A stretch of 63,697 bases of DNA, the filler included, from Fonticula-like sp. SCN 57-25 (lineage: Eukaryota): the NCBI GenBank assembly GCA_001724245.1. It is 5 parts of 5 records of this genome, joined end to end, with 100 filler letters (N's around TTAATTAATTAA, not from the genome) between each part and the next. Parts side by side here need not be neighbours in the genome. Positions count along the whole stretch, not along the records: positions 39,582 to 52,139 come from MEDX01000689.1; positions 52,240 to 63,697 come from MEDX01000690.1; 3 more parts are not named here. One strand, 5' to 3'. Below the pieces are notes generated by a model. It ran no database searches, was not told where the DNA came from, and worked only from the letters and a program-made list of their open reading frames with translations. Both the position numbers and the translations under genes were made by a program. This document shows, piece after piece, positions 47,244-59,387 of the stretch. The stretch's first letter is position 1, and the number at the start of each line of letters is the position of its first letter.

Positions 47244-48896
47244 TTAAATCAACTTGACCTCGTCCTTGGTGGCAAGGTCCTTTAGGCGCGTCCAGTAGTG
47301 GCCAACAGTGCGCGCGCGCTTGCGGCTCGGCGTCGTGTCAATCAGCGGCGACGTCGTCCCGGCGGCCGTCGTCGGCGCCGTGTCGTCCAGCAAAAGAACT
47401 TCCTCGTCGGCGTCGTCAAACAGCTGCTTGGCGGCGGCAACCTTGCTGACATCGCTGGGAAGCTTGCGGTCCGTGACAATGGACTGCGGCGTCAAAAAGG
47501 CGGTCGATGACGGCTGAAAAAAAAAGTCAGACACGTGCGGACCATATAAAAGGTACGTACGCGGTACTTTGGAAGGTGAAGCAGGATGACCGGCGACGTG
47601 TCGGGTGTCCGGCGGAGCAGCTCGTCAAATACCGCGTCAATCTCGCGGTAGTTTGCGTCGTTGAGCGCGAAAGCGCGGTGGCGCCGCGACGTCAAATGCT
47701 ACAAAAAAGGTTTAGAAAAAAAGTCCCATAAAGAATACGCACGTACGTCATCGAGGGAATTGAACTTTGCCATGCATCCCTCGCAGTAGCCGCTGTGCGG
47801 CCCGCGCCTGCGCGCCTTCTTTGCCTTTTCTTGGTCGCTGAGCTGCAAAAAGTCCTGCTTCCTCCTCTCGTTCGACTCGTCGCGCTTGCGCTTGGTGCTC
47901 GACGATGTCGAGCGGCTGCGGCGCGGGTCGCTGTCGGCGTAAAAGGGGCTCACGCCTGTCTCGGCGTCATAGTCGAGCACAGGCGGGCCGTGCTTGCCGA
48001 ACGGGAACTCGTGGAAAAATGGCTTGCCGTGTCCGGTCGTGTCCTCGACCATGAGGTAGGGCGCCTTGAGCGTGCGCAGCGTCGAGGCGGGCGCGCCGCG
48101 AAGCCGCTCAGACTCGAGCAGCGCAGCGAGCGGGCGCTGTTCGTTCGGCTGCTCAGAGGCGCAGTACCGCTGAACGTAGCCGCGCAGCTTGTCGAGCGTC
48201 CACACGCGCATGTTGTAGAGCTGCGCGTCCTCGAGGAGCTTCTTGCGGTCGGGCGCGGCGGCGAGCTGCTGCGCGTGCGTCTGCGGGAGGCCGACGGCAC
48301 GGCGAACGTAGCGCGATGGCGGCTCCTTGAACTCGACGGGCGTCATTGAAAAGTTGGGCGTCGACGGCGTCGCGCCAAAGGGGGTCGAGTGGGGGGTCGG
48401 GTAGAGGGGGGATGCCGGCGGGGGGAGACGCGCATTCGAGGCGCTCTGGCCAAAGCCGGCAACAGACTCGATAGAGGGGGTCGGGCTCAGCATCCCGCCG
48501 GCGACGCTCACGCTCACAGATCCCTTGGGAGCATAGCTGCTGATGAGATGCGTCACATCCTTGGAGAAGAAAATCTCGACAACCTACAAAAAAATACTGT
48601 TAGCAACAGTGAAGCAAAAAGAAGAAAGGGCGTACTCCGCCAAGCTTGACGAGATCTTCCTTGAGCTGAGCAGGCACCGGCTCATCGACGTCAAAGAAGA
48701 ACCGGAAATTGTTGAACCGCTTCTGGGACTCGGGTAGCGCAACCACGGCATTGTCGCGACGCGCGGCAAAGGCCGCCGAGGCATGCTCGTGCGGGGAGTT
48801 GGCGGGGCGGAGCATGGGGCCAAGGCGCCCATTCGCGCCAATGATGGCGACCATCCCCTTGCTCACAAATTTTGACACAACGCCGGGCTTGGACAT
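47244..48896 (-). CDS. DBF4: Cdc7 regulatory subunit Dbf4
   Basis: Motif N (FFFD..LGG|..FFSKDVTHLIS), motif M (PYLMVED..GKP), motif C zinc finger GYCEGC..F..LDD|HL.SRRHR.FA. Confidence 0.88.
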
Positions 48897-49087
48897 TGTT
48901 CACGAAAAAGTTGCTCGACACGGCGCAGCAGACACAACGAAACAAAGAGAGAAAACACAAACTTTTTGTCTATACACAAACACGCACACCACACGTCACC
49001 TCGCGGCGCCTCCCACACACCGGGACCTCAACCAAAAGGGATCGAGGCACGAACGTCGGCCTTCAAGCTGTCCCGCGGGGGTGCGCC

Positions 49088-49178
49088 ACCGCCAAATTCA
49101 ACTGTGAGCGAATTTCCGTTTTTCGCGCCCATTATCGTGTGACGTCACGGCGATCTGTGACGTCACCCATCGACGTCA
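49088..49178. promoter_or_regulatory. Divergent DBF4/eIF3c promoter with E2F-like and CRE sites
   Basis: TTTCGCGC at 49121; TGACGTCA at 49140 and 49158; CGACGTCA at 49171. Confidence 0.5.
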
Positions 49179-49325
49179 TCAAATAATTTCCTTTTTCGGA
49201 TACCTTTTTCTTTCAAGCCCACGCTGTAGCGCCCGCTCTTGCTCTCTCTTTGCCGCGAGGGATCGAGAAACGTAGGTCGGCCTTGGAGCAGCGGAAAGAG
49301 TGACTTTGCTCTTCCTTGCCTAACC

Positions 49326-52139
49326 ATGTCGCGCTTTTGGGGAGCCCTTTCGGACTCGTCCGACGATGACGAGGAGGATTACACCTCGGAGGAGGAGGAG
49401 GAGCAGCAGGAGAAGGCTGCCCCCAAGAAGAAGAACATCCTCGACAGCGATGACGACGACAGCGACGACGACGATGATTCGGAGTTTGGCAGCGACGACG
49501 ACAGCGAGGGTGACTCGGACGACGTACGATGATGCGCCGCGGAAGCGAGCGTTCGTTATTAACCGCAATGTTACAGGAGGGGAAGGCGGCGAAACGCGAC
49601 ATTTTTGATCAATTTGACAGCGATGAGGAGGAAGACGACACAGAAAAGCGCGTCGTGCGCAGCGTGCGCGAGAAGCGCTTTGAGGCGTTTTACAACTCTG
49701 CAAAGTCGATTCAGAACAACTCCAAGATCGCCGAGTGGACCGACGTCTCTGATGGTGCGTGCTAATGTCGTGCAATGCATCGCGACTTACATCTAGCGCA
49801 GAGTGGGAAAAGTTCCTCAAGCTCATCAACAAGGCGGCTCCCATGATCGAGCGCGAGGGCTTCCCGAAGGTGTTCATCAAGACGTACGTCGCCGCCCTTT
49901 CTTTTGCTTAAATCCGCTCATGCAATGTCTCAGTTTTGCCGAACTCGATGCCAACGTCGAGGCCGCGTGGGCCAACAAGGATGCCGTTGCCAAGCTTACC
50001 GCCAATAACAAGCGCAACCTTTCGACGCTCCGCCAGAAGCTCCGCCGCTCCAAGGCTCTTTACGAGAAGGACCTGAAGGCGTACGCCGAGAACCCTGCCT
50101 CGTACGATGTTCCGTTTGTCCCCGGCTCTGGCCAGTTTGAGGGCTCTGATGAGGAGGACGCCGACGACGACGGCTTTGTTGAGAAGAAGCGCAAGGGCAA
50201 GAAGGAGGGCGAGGAGGCCGTTGAGGAGACGATCAAGCCCGAGCAGGTTGAGGGCAAGCTCGCTGAAGTGCTCGCCGAGCGCGGTCGCAAGAACGTTGAC
50301 CGCAAGAAGCAGATCGCCACGCTCCGCAAGCTCTTTGACATTGCCGAGCAGCCCGCCCTGCGCGCGAGCATCTCGCTCGCCATTGTGACGTCGTACCTTG
50401 ACTTTTCGACCTCGATCTCCAACGCGCTCCCTATGGAGCTGTTCAAGAACGCCATCGAGGAGTTCCGCTCGCTCTTTGCTCTTTTGGACGCCAACACCAA
50501 GCTCGTTGTGCGCCAGGAGGTGCCCGACACTGTCGAGGAGGAGGAGATGCCCGAGGGCGTTGAGGCGCGCGACTCGGCGCCGATCACGCTGCCGACGGGC
50601 CCCAAGGCCAAGGCGCTGCTCGCTGCCGCTGCCGCCGCCGCCGCCGAGCCGACGGAGAATATCGTGACTGGCTCGATTGTCGCCGTCATTGAGCGCCTGG
50701 ACGACGAGTTCACCAAGATCATGCAGAATGCCGACCAGCACACGAATGAGTATGCCGAGCGCCTTCGCGAGGAGTCGTCGCTGTACGAGATGATTGTGCG
50801 CGCGCAGCGCTACTATGAGCGCGTTCCGCAGCCCGACTCGATGTGCCGCACGATGCTCCGCCGCGTCGAGCACATTTACTTTAAGAACCAGGTGGTGAAT
50901 GACAAGGTTGAGGAGATTGTGCTGAAGCGCCTTAATGAGCCCGTTACGTCGACAGATTCCGCCGCCTTGTTGCACACGCTGTGCACGCACCTGTACAAGA
51001 ATGCCAATGACCGCGTGCGCACGCGCGCGCTCCTCTGCGAAATGTACCACCACGCGCTCCACGGCCGCTATTTCAAGGCGCGCGACCTGCTTTTGATGTC
51101 TCACCTCCAGGAGACGATCCACCAGGCGCCCATCTCGGCGCAGGTGCTGTACAACCGCGCGATGGTCCAGCTCGGCCTCTGCGCGTTCCGCCACGGCTAC
51201 CTCCGCGAGGCGCAGCAGGCGCTCAACGAGCTCGAGGCGAGCTCGCGCATCAAGGAGCTGCTCGCGCAGGGCGTTATTGCGCAGCGCTTTTCCGAAAAGA
51301 ACCCCGAGCAGGAGAAGCTTGAGCGCCTCCGCCAGATCCCGTTCCACATGCACATCAACCAGGAGCTGATCGAGTGCGTGTACCTTGTGAGCTCAATGTG
51401 CCTCGAGGTGCCGCAGTACGCCGCGAGCACGTTTGACCCGCGCAAGCGCAACATGGTGAGCAAGCCGTTCCGCCGCGTCTTTGACATGATTGAGCGCCAG
51501 CACTTTAGCGGCCCGCCCGAGAACACGCGCGAGCACATTGTGCAGGCGTCCAAGGCGCTGCTGCAGGGCGACTGGAAGCGGTGCCAGGACCTGATCCTCT
51601 CGATCAAGATTTGGAACCTGATGCCCGAGAAGGCGTCGGTGCTCGAGATGCTCTCCAAGCGCATCCAGGAGGAGGCGCTGCGCACGTACCTCTTCACCTA
51701 CTCCAACTATTACGAGTCGCTGAGCCTCGCGCACCTCTCGAGCATGTCGGGGATGAGCGTCGCGAGCGTGCACGGCATCATTAGCAAGATGATTTTCAGC
51801 GAGGAGCTGCACGCGTCGCTCGACCAGGTCACGGGCGTGCTCCTGCTGCACCGCTCCGAGCCGAGCCGCCTGCAGAGCCTCGCGCTCCAGTACACGGACA
51901 AGCTCGGCCAGCTCGTCGACAGCAACGAGCGCACGTTTGACCTGCGCGCGGGGCCGCAAAAGGACGACCGCAGGGCAGGCGACAAGCGCGGCCAGGGGGC
52001 GGCGGGGCGCACGGGGGGGCAGCGCCAGCAGTACTCGGGGGCCGGAAAGGACTATGGGCGCCGCGACAACAGGAGCGGGTACCAGGACAGGTCAGCCGGC
52101 GGGCAGAACAGGCGCACGACGATGGCGGGGCGCAAGTAA
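49326..52139 (+). CDS. EIF3C: Translation initiation factor 3 subunit C
   Basis: MSRFW, KRVVRS.REKRF, ERLDDEF, ARDLLLMSHLQE, PFHMHIN.EL, GPPENTREH, PCI domain. Confidence 0.97.
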
Positions 52140-52239
52140 NNNNNNNNNNNNNNNNNNNNNNNNNNNNNNNNNNNNNNNNNNNNTTAATTAATTAANNNNN
52201 NNNNNNNNNNNNNNNNNNNNNNNNNNNNNNNNNNNNNNN
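52140..52239. other. Artificial contig linker
   Basis: N-run/TTAATTAATTAA/N-run. Confidence 0.98.
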
Positions 52240-53157
52240 CGGATCAAAAAAGTTGTGTCGCGGGATCAAAATCTGAATAGGCGGTGATTAGCCATTGGAT
52301 CTTATTGGAAATCATACAAGGCCGGACTCTACCCTTAAATTCTGGGCTGTGTCCTGGCTGATGTCCGATGCATCTGCAGCTCGGCGCTCGCCGCCGGCGA
52401 GTCGCTCACCAGTTTGACAACTGACCACGTGGTTCATTTCCAAAGTGAACTGATCCCATCGAGGCAGTTTGCACCGTCGGCGGCGAGCTGCTGTCGATGC
52501 CCGCCGCCAATGCAGATGCCCATTTGCGCCTCTGGTGCATTCGATAGCGCCCGGCATTCTTTTTGTGTCTGGAAGTCTTTTGTGACCGTCCAAGATTTGG
52601 ATGTGGTTCTTTCAGTTTGAATCGGTCCATTGTGGTGAATGGTTCGTGGTGTTTTTCGTGTACCAACATCAGGAGCCTGCTCGAATCATTGGAAGACTAC
52701 TCTTCTTGTTCAATGTGCTCTGTGACTGCAGTAGCATACTTAGCTATACCACACGAGCTTTATTAAACATTGCGATTTCGTGGTCATCGGTGAGCGCCGG
52801 CGCAGAATCGCTTGCTTGGTCTGAGTTGTTCCATGTTCATGCTCGAACGCGCTGCGCCCGCTCGCGCAGCCAGCTCACGAAGCCTGGCAAACAGAGCAGG
52901 CGCCTTGTCGTCCCATGGCTGTTGAAACATAGCCGTTTTGCTTTTCTAACTTGCCACAACGTGGAGATGACTGCGCTGCGCCTGTAGAGCCTTGCATACT
53001 TGCGGTGAATGTACACGATTGGAATGCTCGGGAAATGTTTTTTTGTGATTTTGTATTGCTCATACTGTATATCAGTGCGAAACAGATTCGTGACCGTTCA
53101 TTTTATACAAATACAATTATTTTGTAATGTACGTTTGTGCTGCACCGCATATACGCA

Positions 53158-54881
53158 CTATATCCAAGGAGCCCGCCATTTTGGGCACTGATTCAGAGAT
53201 CGCCCATTCACTTCACCCAACCTTGCAGGACATTTGTGGTTCTCGAACCACTGATGAGAGAGCATGTGTTGTGCAGTAAAACAGCGCACATCCAAAAACT
53301 GACGTCTGAAAATAAACGGAGGATATGTCCCTGTATGGACAGATACGTTGATCCCGCGGCCCGGGTGCATGGCGCTTGTGCCGTGGTTCCGTACATACGA
53401 GACATCACCGACGAGACGATTCAGAAAATGCAAACCCAAATCAGTGCGCATTATGAGGGAAGCCTCACCAGTCCCTATTGGCGGCAGATCAGCAAGCGCC
53501 GCAATTTGCTTTGACCCTTTATTGAAAGAATCGTTTTCGCTTTCCTGCAGACCGTGCATCTTGATCATCGCTCGCATCACGGGACATGTGGAAAAATTGC
53601 AGGGGACGATGAAAGGAATGTCCAATTTGGCGTCAAAAGAAAAGGCTTCACTGGGCAGCAACGAGCCTTGATAAGGTTCTGTTGATTAGGGGTGAGGACC
53701 GATTCGAATGCCGTCAAACGAGCGATCGGAGCGAACCTTCGATTGATACCTGACCCGGCATTGCAAAGGTGATTCTCACCTGTAGATTGAAACCAGCCTC
53801 TATGGTATCACTATAGGTTACCTCCTTTCCTTTGTGCAAAAGCTAGGACCAGCGCGATGACCAACAATTATGCAGAAAAATGTCAGCTCGGTTACGATTC
53901 CGGCCAGGGAGTAGAGCGTACGCTGATGCGCATCGTGCCGGGACGGTCATTCGCTCCAAAGCTGTTGTCGTTGATGTACTTCCAAACGTCAAACCATTTT
54001 GAGTTTGAAGGAAATCGGCCACGGTCGTCACGTCCTTTTATTTCCCAGCTAACGGAAACGCTCGCCATGCTGGGCAGCAGCGCTGTCGAGTATTGCTGAC
54101 TACATGGTGACTGATTGAAAATCAACCCCAAATCTTACCCCTGATTATTGCAATTCTTTCCAGGCGCGGCGCCGGCTACAGCCGACAGTGTGGGCTCTAT
54201 GCACGATTTCCCCCTTGGCGTATTTGCCGTAGGTGTTGCGATGCAGCGATTGTGAATATTGTGGATCTTGCGCCGAGCACGCGATCTAATGGCCACACTG
54301 TACTTTTTCGCATCTAGCAAGTTTCAACTCGTCACGACTCATCAAGGCTGCTTCGAGCTACCAGCACTACGGAATGTAAATTTTGCAGCAATAGTATAAT
54401 ACACAGCCGACCGTTTGACCTCTGTTCGAACGAAACCAATTATGAAAATAACCGGTACAGGTTGCTCGCTCGTCATCGCGATGTTAGCACGGCCAGTATG
54501 AAAACGCGATTGCAATCGGCGTGCTTGGCGATGTTCAACTGTGAGTGTGACCGTGTGAATCATCAGTAGGCTGGGAAGCGAAAGAACAACGCCACCTAAT
54601 AATGCAGCCCCTCTTTCAACCAATGCAAAGGCGAGACTCACAGTGGGCTTTCGAGCATTCAGACTGTCTATATTTGACTCGCTCGCCAGCGAGATCCCGG
54701 ATCGAGCTGCCGCATCTGAGCGACATGAGCGCGCTGTGGACGGGCTCAAAAAATCGACGATCATGGGTTCAAAAACAATTCCATGAATTACCGGACTCAT
54801 GATCGGTGGCATTAGCGCCATATGTGCTAAAAATTGGGGTACGTAAATTGAAAAAAAGCAGACGAGAGCCCACTGCTGCAC
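53158..54881 (-). CDS. Possible multi-exon hypothetical gene; structure unresolved
   Basis: Series of co-oriented minus-strand ORFs (167, 79, 61 and 179 aa); no family recognised. Confidence 0.3.
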
Positions 54882-55334
54882 TGCTTAGGTCTGGTAGTTT
54901 GCGCGCGCTGTGCGCGGTGCCGCAGCCTGATTGGCCCCCTGTCTGCCAGCTCTCTGCCAGCGCTGTTTAGGAGCGAGTAGCAATCGTGGTAGTCCAATTC
55001 ATTGGCTGCGATCTGCAAAGTTGCGTTAAGGGGGCAATCGAAAGAAGATTAGGAAACACAAAGTTACCAATTTTATTTCGCGTTCTCTTTACACCTGGCA
55101 TTCTTTCGTCAAACTAAACAGCCGATTCGCATTCAGTCCTGCCTTCTTGAGACTGTTGCAGTTGTACCTGCATTTTAGCGCCACGACTACACATGAAATT
55201 TCCTCTTTAGGAGCTGTTTATTTTTGTCGAATGCCACGAGGAATTGCTGAAGCCCTTTCCATCCAAAACCTTTGAACACTTTTCTTCGTCCCTGTATTGC
55301 AGCGCGAAAGCGATACCCGAGCTGGCATCTGGCG

Positions 55335-56533
55335 ATGTATGCCCCGCAGCAAGCGCCCGCAGCGGGAAATCCGCAAAAGACTGCACGGATGATTCGCAAG
55401 CTGGATGATTTGCGCCAATCGCTGGCCGGGTTGGATTTGCAGCTCAAGGAAGAGGCTGGGAGCCAGTTTGATCGTCTCGCCGAAGCCCAAGCGTTTACGG
55501 AAAAAATCAAGACCAAGGTGCGCGCAGTGATTCATCCCGCACTCGGCGCATGGAAGGTATGAATTTTGGGTACAGTAGTGGGGTAACTGATCCGCTCACG
55601 AATGTTTTTATTGTGCAGGAAATCACGGTCGAGCTGAACCTCAGCTCCGACATCAACCCACGCGATATTCAGGTGGCCTTGACTTTATGCTGCGACACTC
55701 TTAATTCGACTCTTCAAAGCATCCACCAATTCAGAATCAACTACATGAGTGACGACGGTTCTTCCGATGACGATGACGAAGGAGGCCAATGCGATAAGCC
55801 CTTTGGCGTCACGCAGGGTTTGTGCGGTGAGGCCAAGAAGGATCACCCTGGTTGTTTGCAATGTTGTTGCTGCCTGCCGTACGCCTGCGAGCATCTATTG
55901 TAAATAACGTAACTGACAGCTGAACAGTTGGCTGGCGACAGTGCTAGTGGTGTCTTTCATCGAGTCAATTGTCTATTGCGTGCGCCATGGCAACAGCGAA
56001 AGCAGCGTTGACCCCGAGCCCAACAAGCAGCTCACCATTGTGACTGGTGATGTGCGTAAAATTGCGCGCATGTTTTGGGTGCAACTCACACGTTTGATCT
56101 TGCGATCTAGATTGCCGCGCTTCTGAACGAAATGATCAAGCTAACAGGCAGCATCCGGGGTCTGGATATGAGCAAGTTTGTCATTTCTATTGACCAAACC
56201 TTTTCTGGAACGCTCAACCTCTCAGGACAAGCCCACACGACTATGGACAATGAGCAGAGCGGCGTTGTGAACCGTCAGCCCGTTGCAGGGACAGCGCCTT
56301 CTTTCGCACCTGCGCCCACGAACAAGACACCCCTGCTGGCCCAGCAACCGGAACAGTACGCCGCAGGACCCTACGGACCGTACCCTGGAGGTGTGCCTGG
56401 CTATGGAGGTATGCCTGTAGGATACCCGGGCAACTACGGCCAGCAGCAGCCGATTGGCCAGCAGCCAATGGGCGAGCAGCCGATGGGACAACAACCTCAG
56501 GTCTACTACGATCCCGCTCCGCCAAAGTACTAG
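55335..56533 (+). CDS. Hypothetical protein with a Cys cluster and a P/G/Y/Q-rich tail, spliced
   Basis: Successive ORFs linked by GT-AG introns; CLQCCCCLP; AATAAA after the stop. Confidence 0.6.
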
Positions 56534-56803
56534 CGAGTCAGTGACGCCAAAAGGCTCTGTCGAACAATAAATCTAGTACTATACATAATCAATGAATGAG
56601 AAAATTTATCGGTATTTTGCCGATGCGATCATGCGAAATGCGTGCAAGCCGACTGTGATGATCACGTGACTTCGGGCTAGCAAGATGTCATACAGGTAGA
56701 TTACGTGTGAAAAAAGCTACGGGTACATTGAGAGAGTAAGAACAGCAGCATATTATTAATAAAGTATATGGTATATCATTTCAAAGCATGAGCTTTGGTC
56801 ATA

Positions 56804-59014
56804 TTAGAATGGGAACAAGGCCGGTGCAAGACCGAGCGTAAGTAAAAACATAAACACATAGAGCGGGGTGCCAGCCTTGACATAGTCCATCACCTGGTAG
56901 GCACCCGGATTGTACACCATGAGCACGACGGGCGAACCAATGGGGGTCATAAAGGAAGAAGCCGCCGCGATACTGATAGCAATCATGAACGCCTGCGGGT
57001 TCACGTTGCTGGCCTGCGCCACCGAGATGCCGACAGGGGCAAAGAGCACCGTGCAGGCAGTATTCGACATGAGCTGGCCCACCACAGAGACAATGACAAA
57101 GAGCAGCGCGAGAGTCGCGTGCGGCCCGGCAGAGCCAACGCTGGCGATAACTTGGCTGGCGGAATCAATAATGCCCGTCTTGTCGAGGGCCTGGACGACG
57201 CCGAGCATGGCGGCGGTCAGCACAATCGACTCCCAGTTGATAGCGCGGTATGATTCCTCGGCGCCGAGCACGCGCAAGAGAATGAGCGCGAGGGCGGCGA
57301 GCAGAACCGCGAACGAGTTGGGCAGCCACGCGCCCGTCATGATGACCAGCATGCCGATAATAACAAGCACGGTGGCAGCAAAGCGCCAGCGATCCTTCAC
57401 GCGACGCAGAATGCCGCGGCGACTCTTGCGGCCCAAAAGCCCAGTGTCGGGAATGGCGGACACATAGATGAGGTCCTGCGTCTGGTCGTGCGTCCTGTCG
57501 TAGAGCGACTTTAGCGTGCGCAGATGGCCGGTCATAAGAATAATATCACCGGAAGCAAGAACAGTCGAGCCAATGTCCTGACCAAGCGTCTGCGTGCGGC
57601 CGCGACGGACCGAGAGCACAGTCACACTGTAGCGCGTCTCGATACCGGCCTCCTTGATCGTGCTGCCGAGGTACACCGACGTCGGCGAGATCATAAACTC
57701 GGCGAGCACGAGCGGTGCGGGGAGCATGACCGTCGAGCTGCCGGGCTCGCCTTCGGCCGCAGGAGCCTCAACGCTAAGCTCGCGCGGGTAGTCGGCCACA
57801 AATGCAGCAACAGCTGGAGCGGGGCCAAAGACAAAGACCGTGTTGCCAGCGTGCAGCACAGTGTCGACGTACACCGGGCGCACACTCTCGGCGCCATTCG
57901 ACGTGCGCTTGGCAATGGCGAGCAGAGAGATACCGTAGCGGTTACGCAGCTTCAGCTCGGCCACCGCCTTGCCGTCAAAGGTGGGGCTGGGCGTGCGGAG
58001 CTTGACCTGCACAAGGGCCTCCAGAGGGGCGCCGTCCGCGTCGGCCAGAACCGTCTCGCCAGCCTGCTCGTCTGTGTCAACAAGAGCGTCATCGGTATGC
58101 GCCGGTTCGGCCTTTTCAAGGTCGTGCTCGGTCGCAGTGGGCGCAGGCGTGGGCATGAGGGGGTCATTCGCGGCGTCGTTGGGACCGGCCGGCGTCGGCT
58201 TGAGCGATTTGCTCGGCGAAGACTCGATAGACTCTTTGGCGGGATAGAGGCGATTGCGAATCCACGCGGGAAGGTAGCGGGAATACCAGGGCAGCGACTT
58301 CTTGGAAGGGCGGCCAACGCCGGGCATGTCAGCGAGGGTGCCGTCCGCTGCGTTGGCCACAATCGTCGCAGCAGCATTGTTCTTGATCGGGACGACAGCA
58401 ACGCGCTCAGGGATCACCTTGACGCCGACCCACGCGGTGAAAATAGTACCAACGATCAGCGCGATGACACCAAAGGGGGTAAAGGCAAAGAAGCCGAGGG
58501 CCGGGTAGCCGTTTGCAACGAGCGCGTCGCTGACGATCATGTTGGGCGGGGTCGCGATGAGCGTGAGCCATGCACCAAGAAGAGCCGCATATGCTGTTGG
58601 GAGGAGAACCTTGGACGGAGAGACATTGAGCGCAGCCGCAGAGCTGATGGCGACGGGCATCATAACGGCGACGGTACCCGTGGACGACATGAACGCCGAC
58701 ACGAGGCCCGTGCTCGCCATGACGACCATAATAAGACGGTTCATGTTGCCGCCGGCAGTCTTGGAGATTAGCTCAGCAAGCATGTCTGCAATACCTGACT
58801 TGACAACAGCCAGACCGACAATAAAGGTCGCCGCAATCATGAGGACGATCGGGTCGGCGAAGCCCGCGTAAATCTCGGTCATCGTCAGGATGCCCGCGAG
58901 GTACAGCGCAAACAAACCGCATAGCGCAACAATGTCTAGACGAAACTTGCCAGTGGCAGAGATCACAACAACAAGGCAGAGGACAACCGTGGCGACAATC
59001 GCGTCGGTCTCCAT
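56804..59014 (-). CDS. SLC13/CitMHS permease with TrkA-C domains, intronless
   Basis: RLDIVAL, SAFMSSTG.VA.M.P, TLIATPPN, two TrkA-C-like segments, SFMTPIG.P...VY.PG.Y..DY.KAG. Confidence 0.9.
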   Translation of the reverse strand: METDAIVATVVLCLVVVISATGKFRLDIVALCGLFALYLAGILTMTEIYAGFADPIVLMIAATFIVGLAVVKSGIADMLAELISKTAGGNMNRLIMVVMASTGLVSAFMSSTGTVAVMMPVAISSAAALNVSPSKVLLPTAYAALLGAWLTLIATPPNMIVSDALVANGYPALGFFAFTPFGVIALIVGTIFTAWVGVKVIPERVAVVPIKNNAAATIVANAADGTLADMPGVGRPSKKSLPWYSRYLPAWIRNRLYPAKESIESSPSKSLKPTPAGPNDAANDPLMPTPAPTATEHDLEKAEPAHTDDALVDTDEQAGETVLADADGAPLEALVQVKLRTPSPTFDGKAVAELKLRNRYGISLLAIAKRTSNGAESVRPVYVDTVLHAGNTVFVFGPAPAVAAFVADYPRELSVEAPAAEGEPGSSTVMLPAPLVLAEFMISPTSVYLGSTIKEAGIETRYSVTVLSVRRGRTQTLGQDIGSTVLASGDIILMTGHLRTLKSLYDRTHDQTQDLIYVSAIPDTGLLGRKSRRGILRRVKDRWRFAATVLVIIGMLVIMTGAWLPNSFAVLLAALALILLRVLGAEESYRAINWESIVLTAAMLGVVQALDKTGIIDSASQVIASVGSAGPHATLALLFVIVSVVGQLMSNTACTVLFAPVGISVAQASNVNPQAFMIAISIAAASSFMTPIGSPVVLMVYNPGAYQVMDYVKAGTPLYVFMFLLTLGLAPALFPF

Positions 59015-59387
59015 GGTCCACGTCACCCGCCACTCGGCGCCCACCTGGCGGAATGAACTCTGGCCCGAAAACCTGTTGAGGAGATTGTTATCAGATCAGG
59101 CCTAGAATCGGGGGTGAGATGCCGATCGGGCCCCGATCCGTCAAAGCTTCCGCATTCGAGACCGTCCAGTGAAAACCTGCCTGCGCATGTGGAAATTAAC
59201 CTGCGCTGCGGCTATTCAACGTGCTTTTGGTCAAGAAAATAAACACTATATCGAAATGAGAGCTGGCGAGGGCGCAGCCTTCCAATAACGTTTGGTCAAC
59301 TTTTTTCATGACAGTAACAAGAACGGTATGTATTGGCATTAAGCACTTGTGCATGTGCACCATCTAGACACATTGTAATGTTTCTAC

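Noticed and set aside
49908-51353. 481-aa antisense ORF
   Set aside because: Shadow of eIF3c
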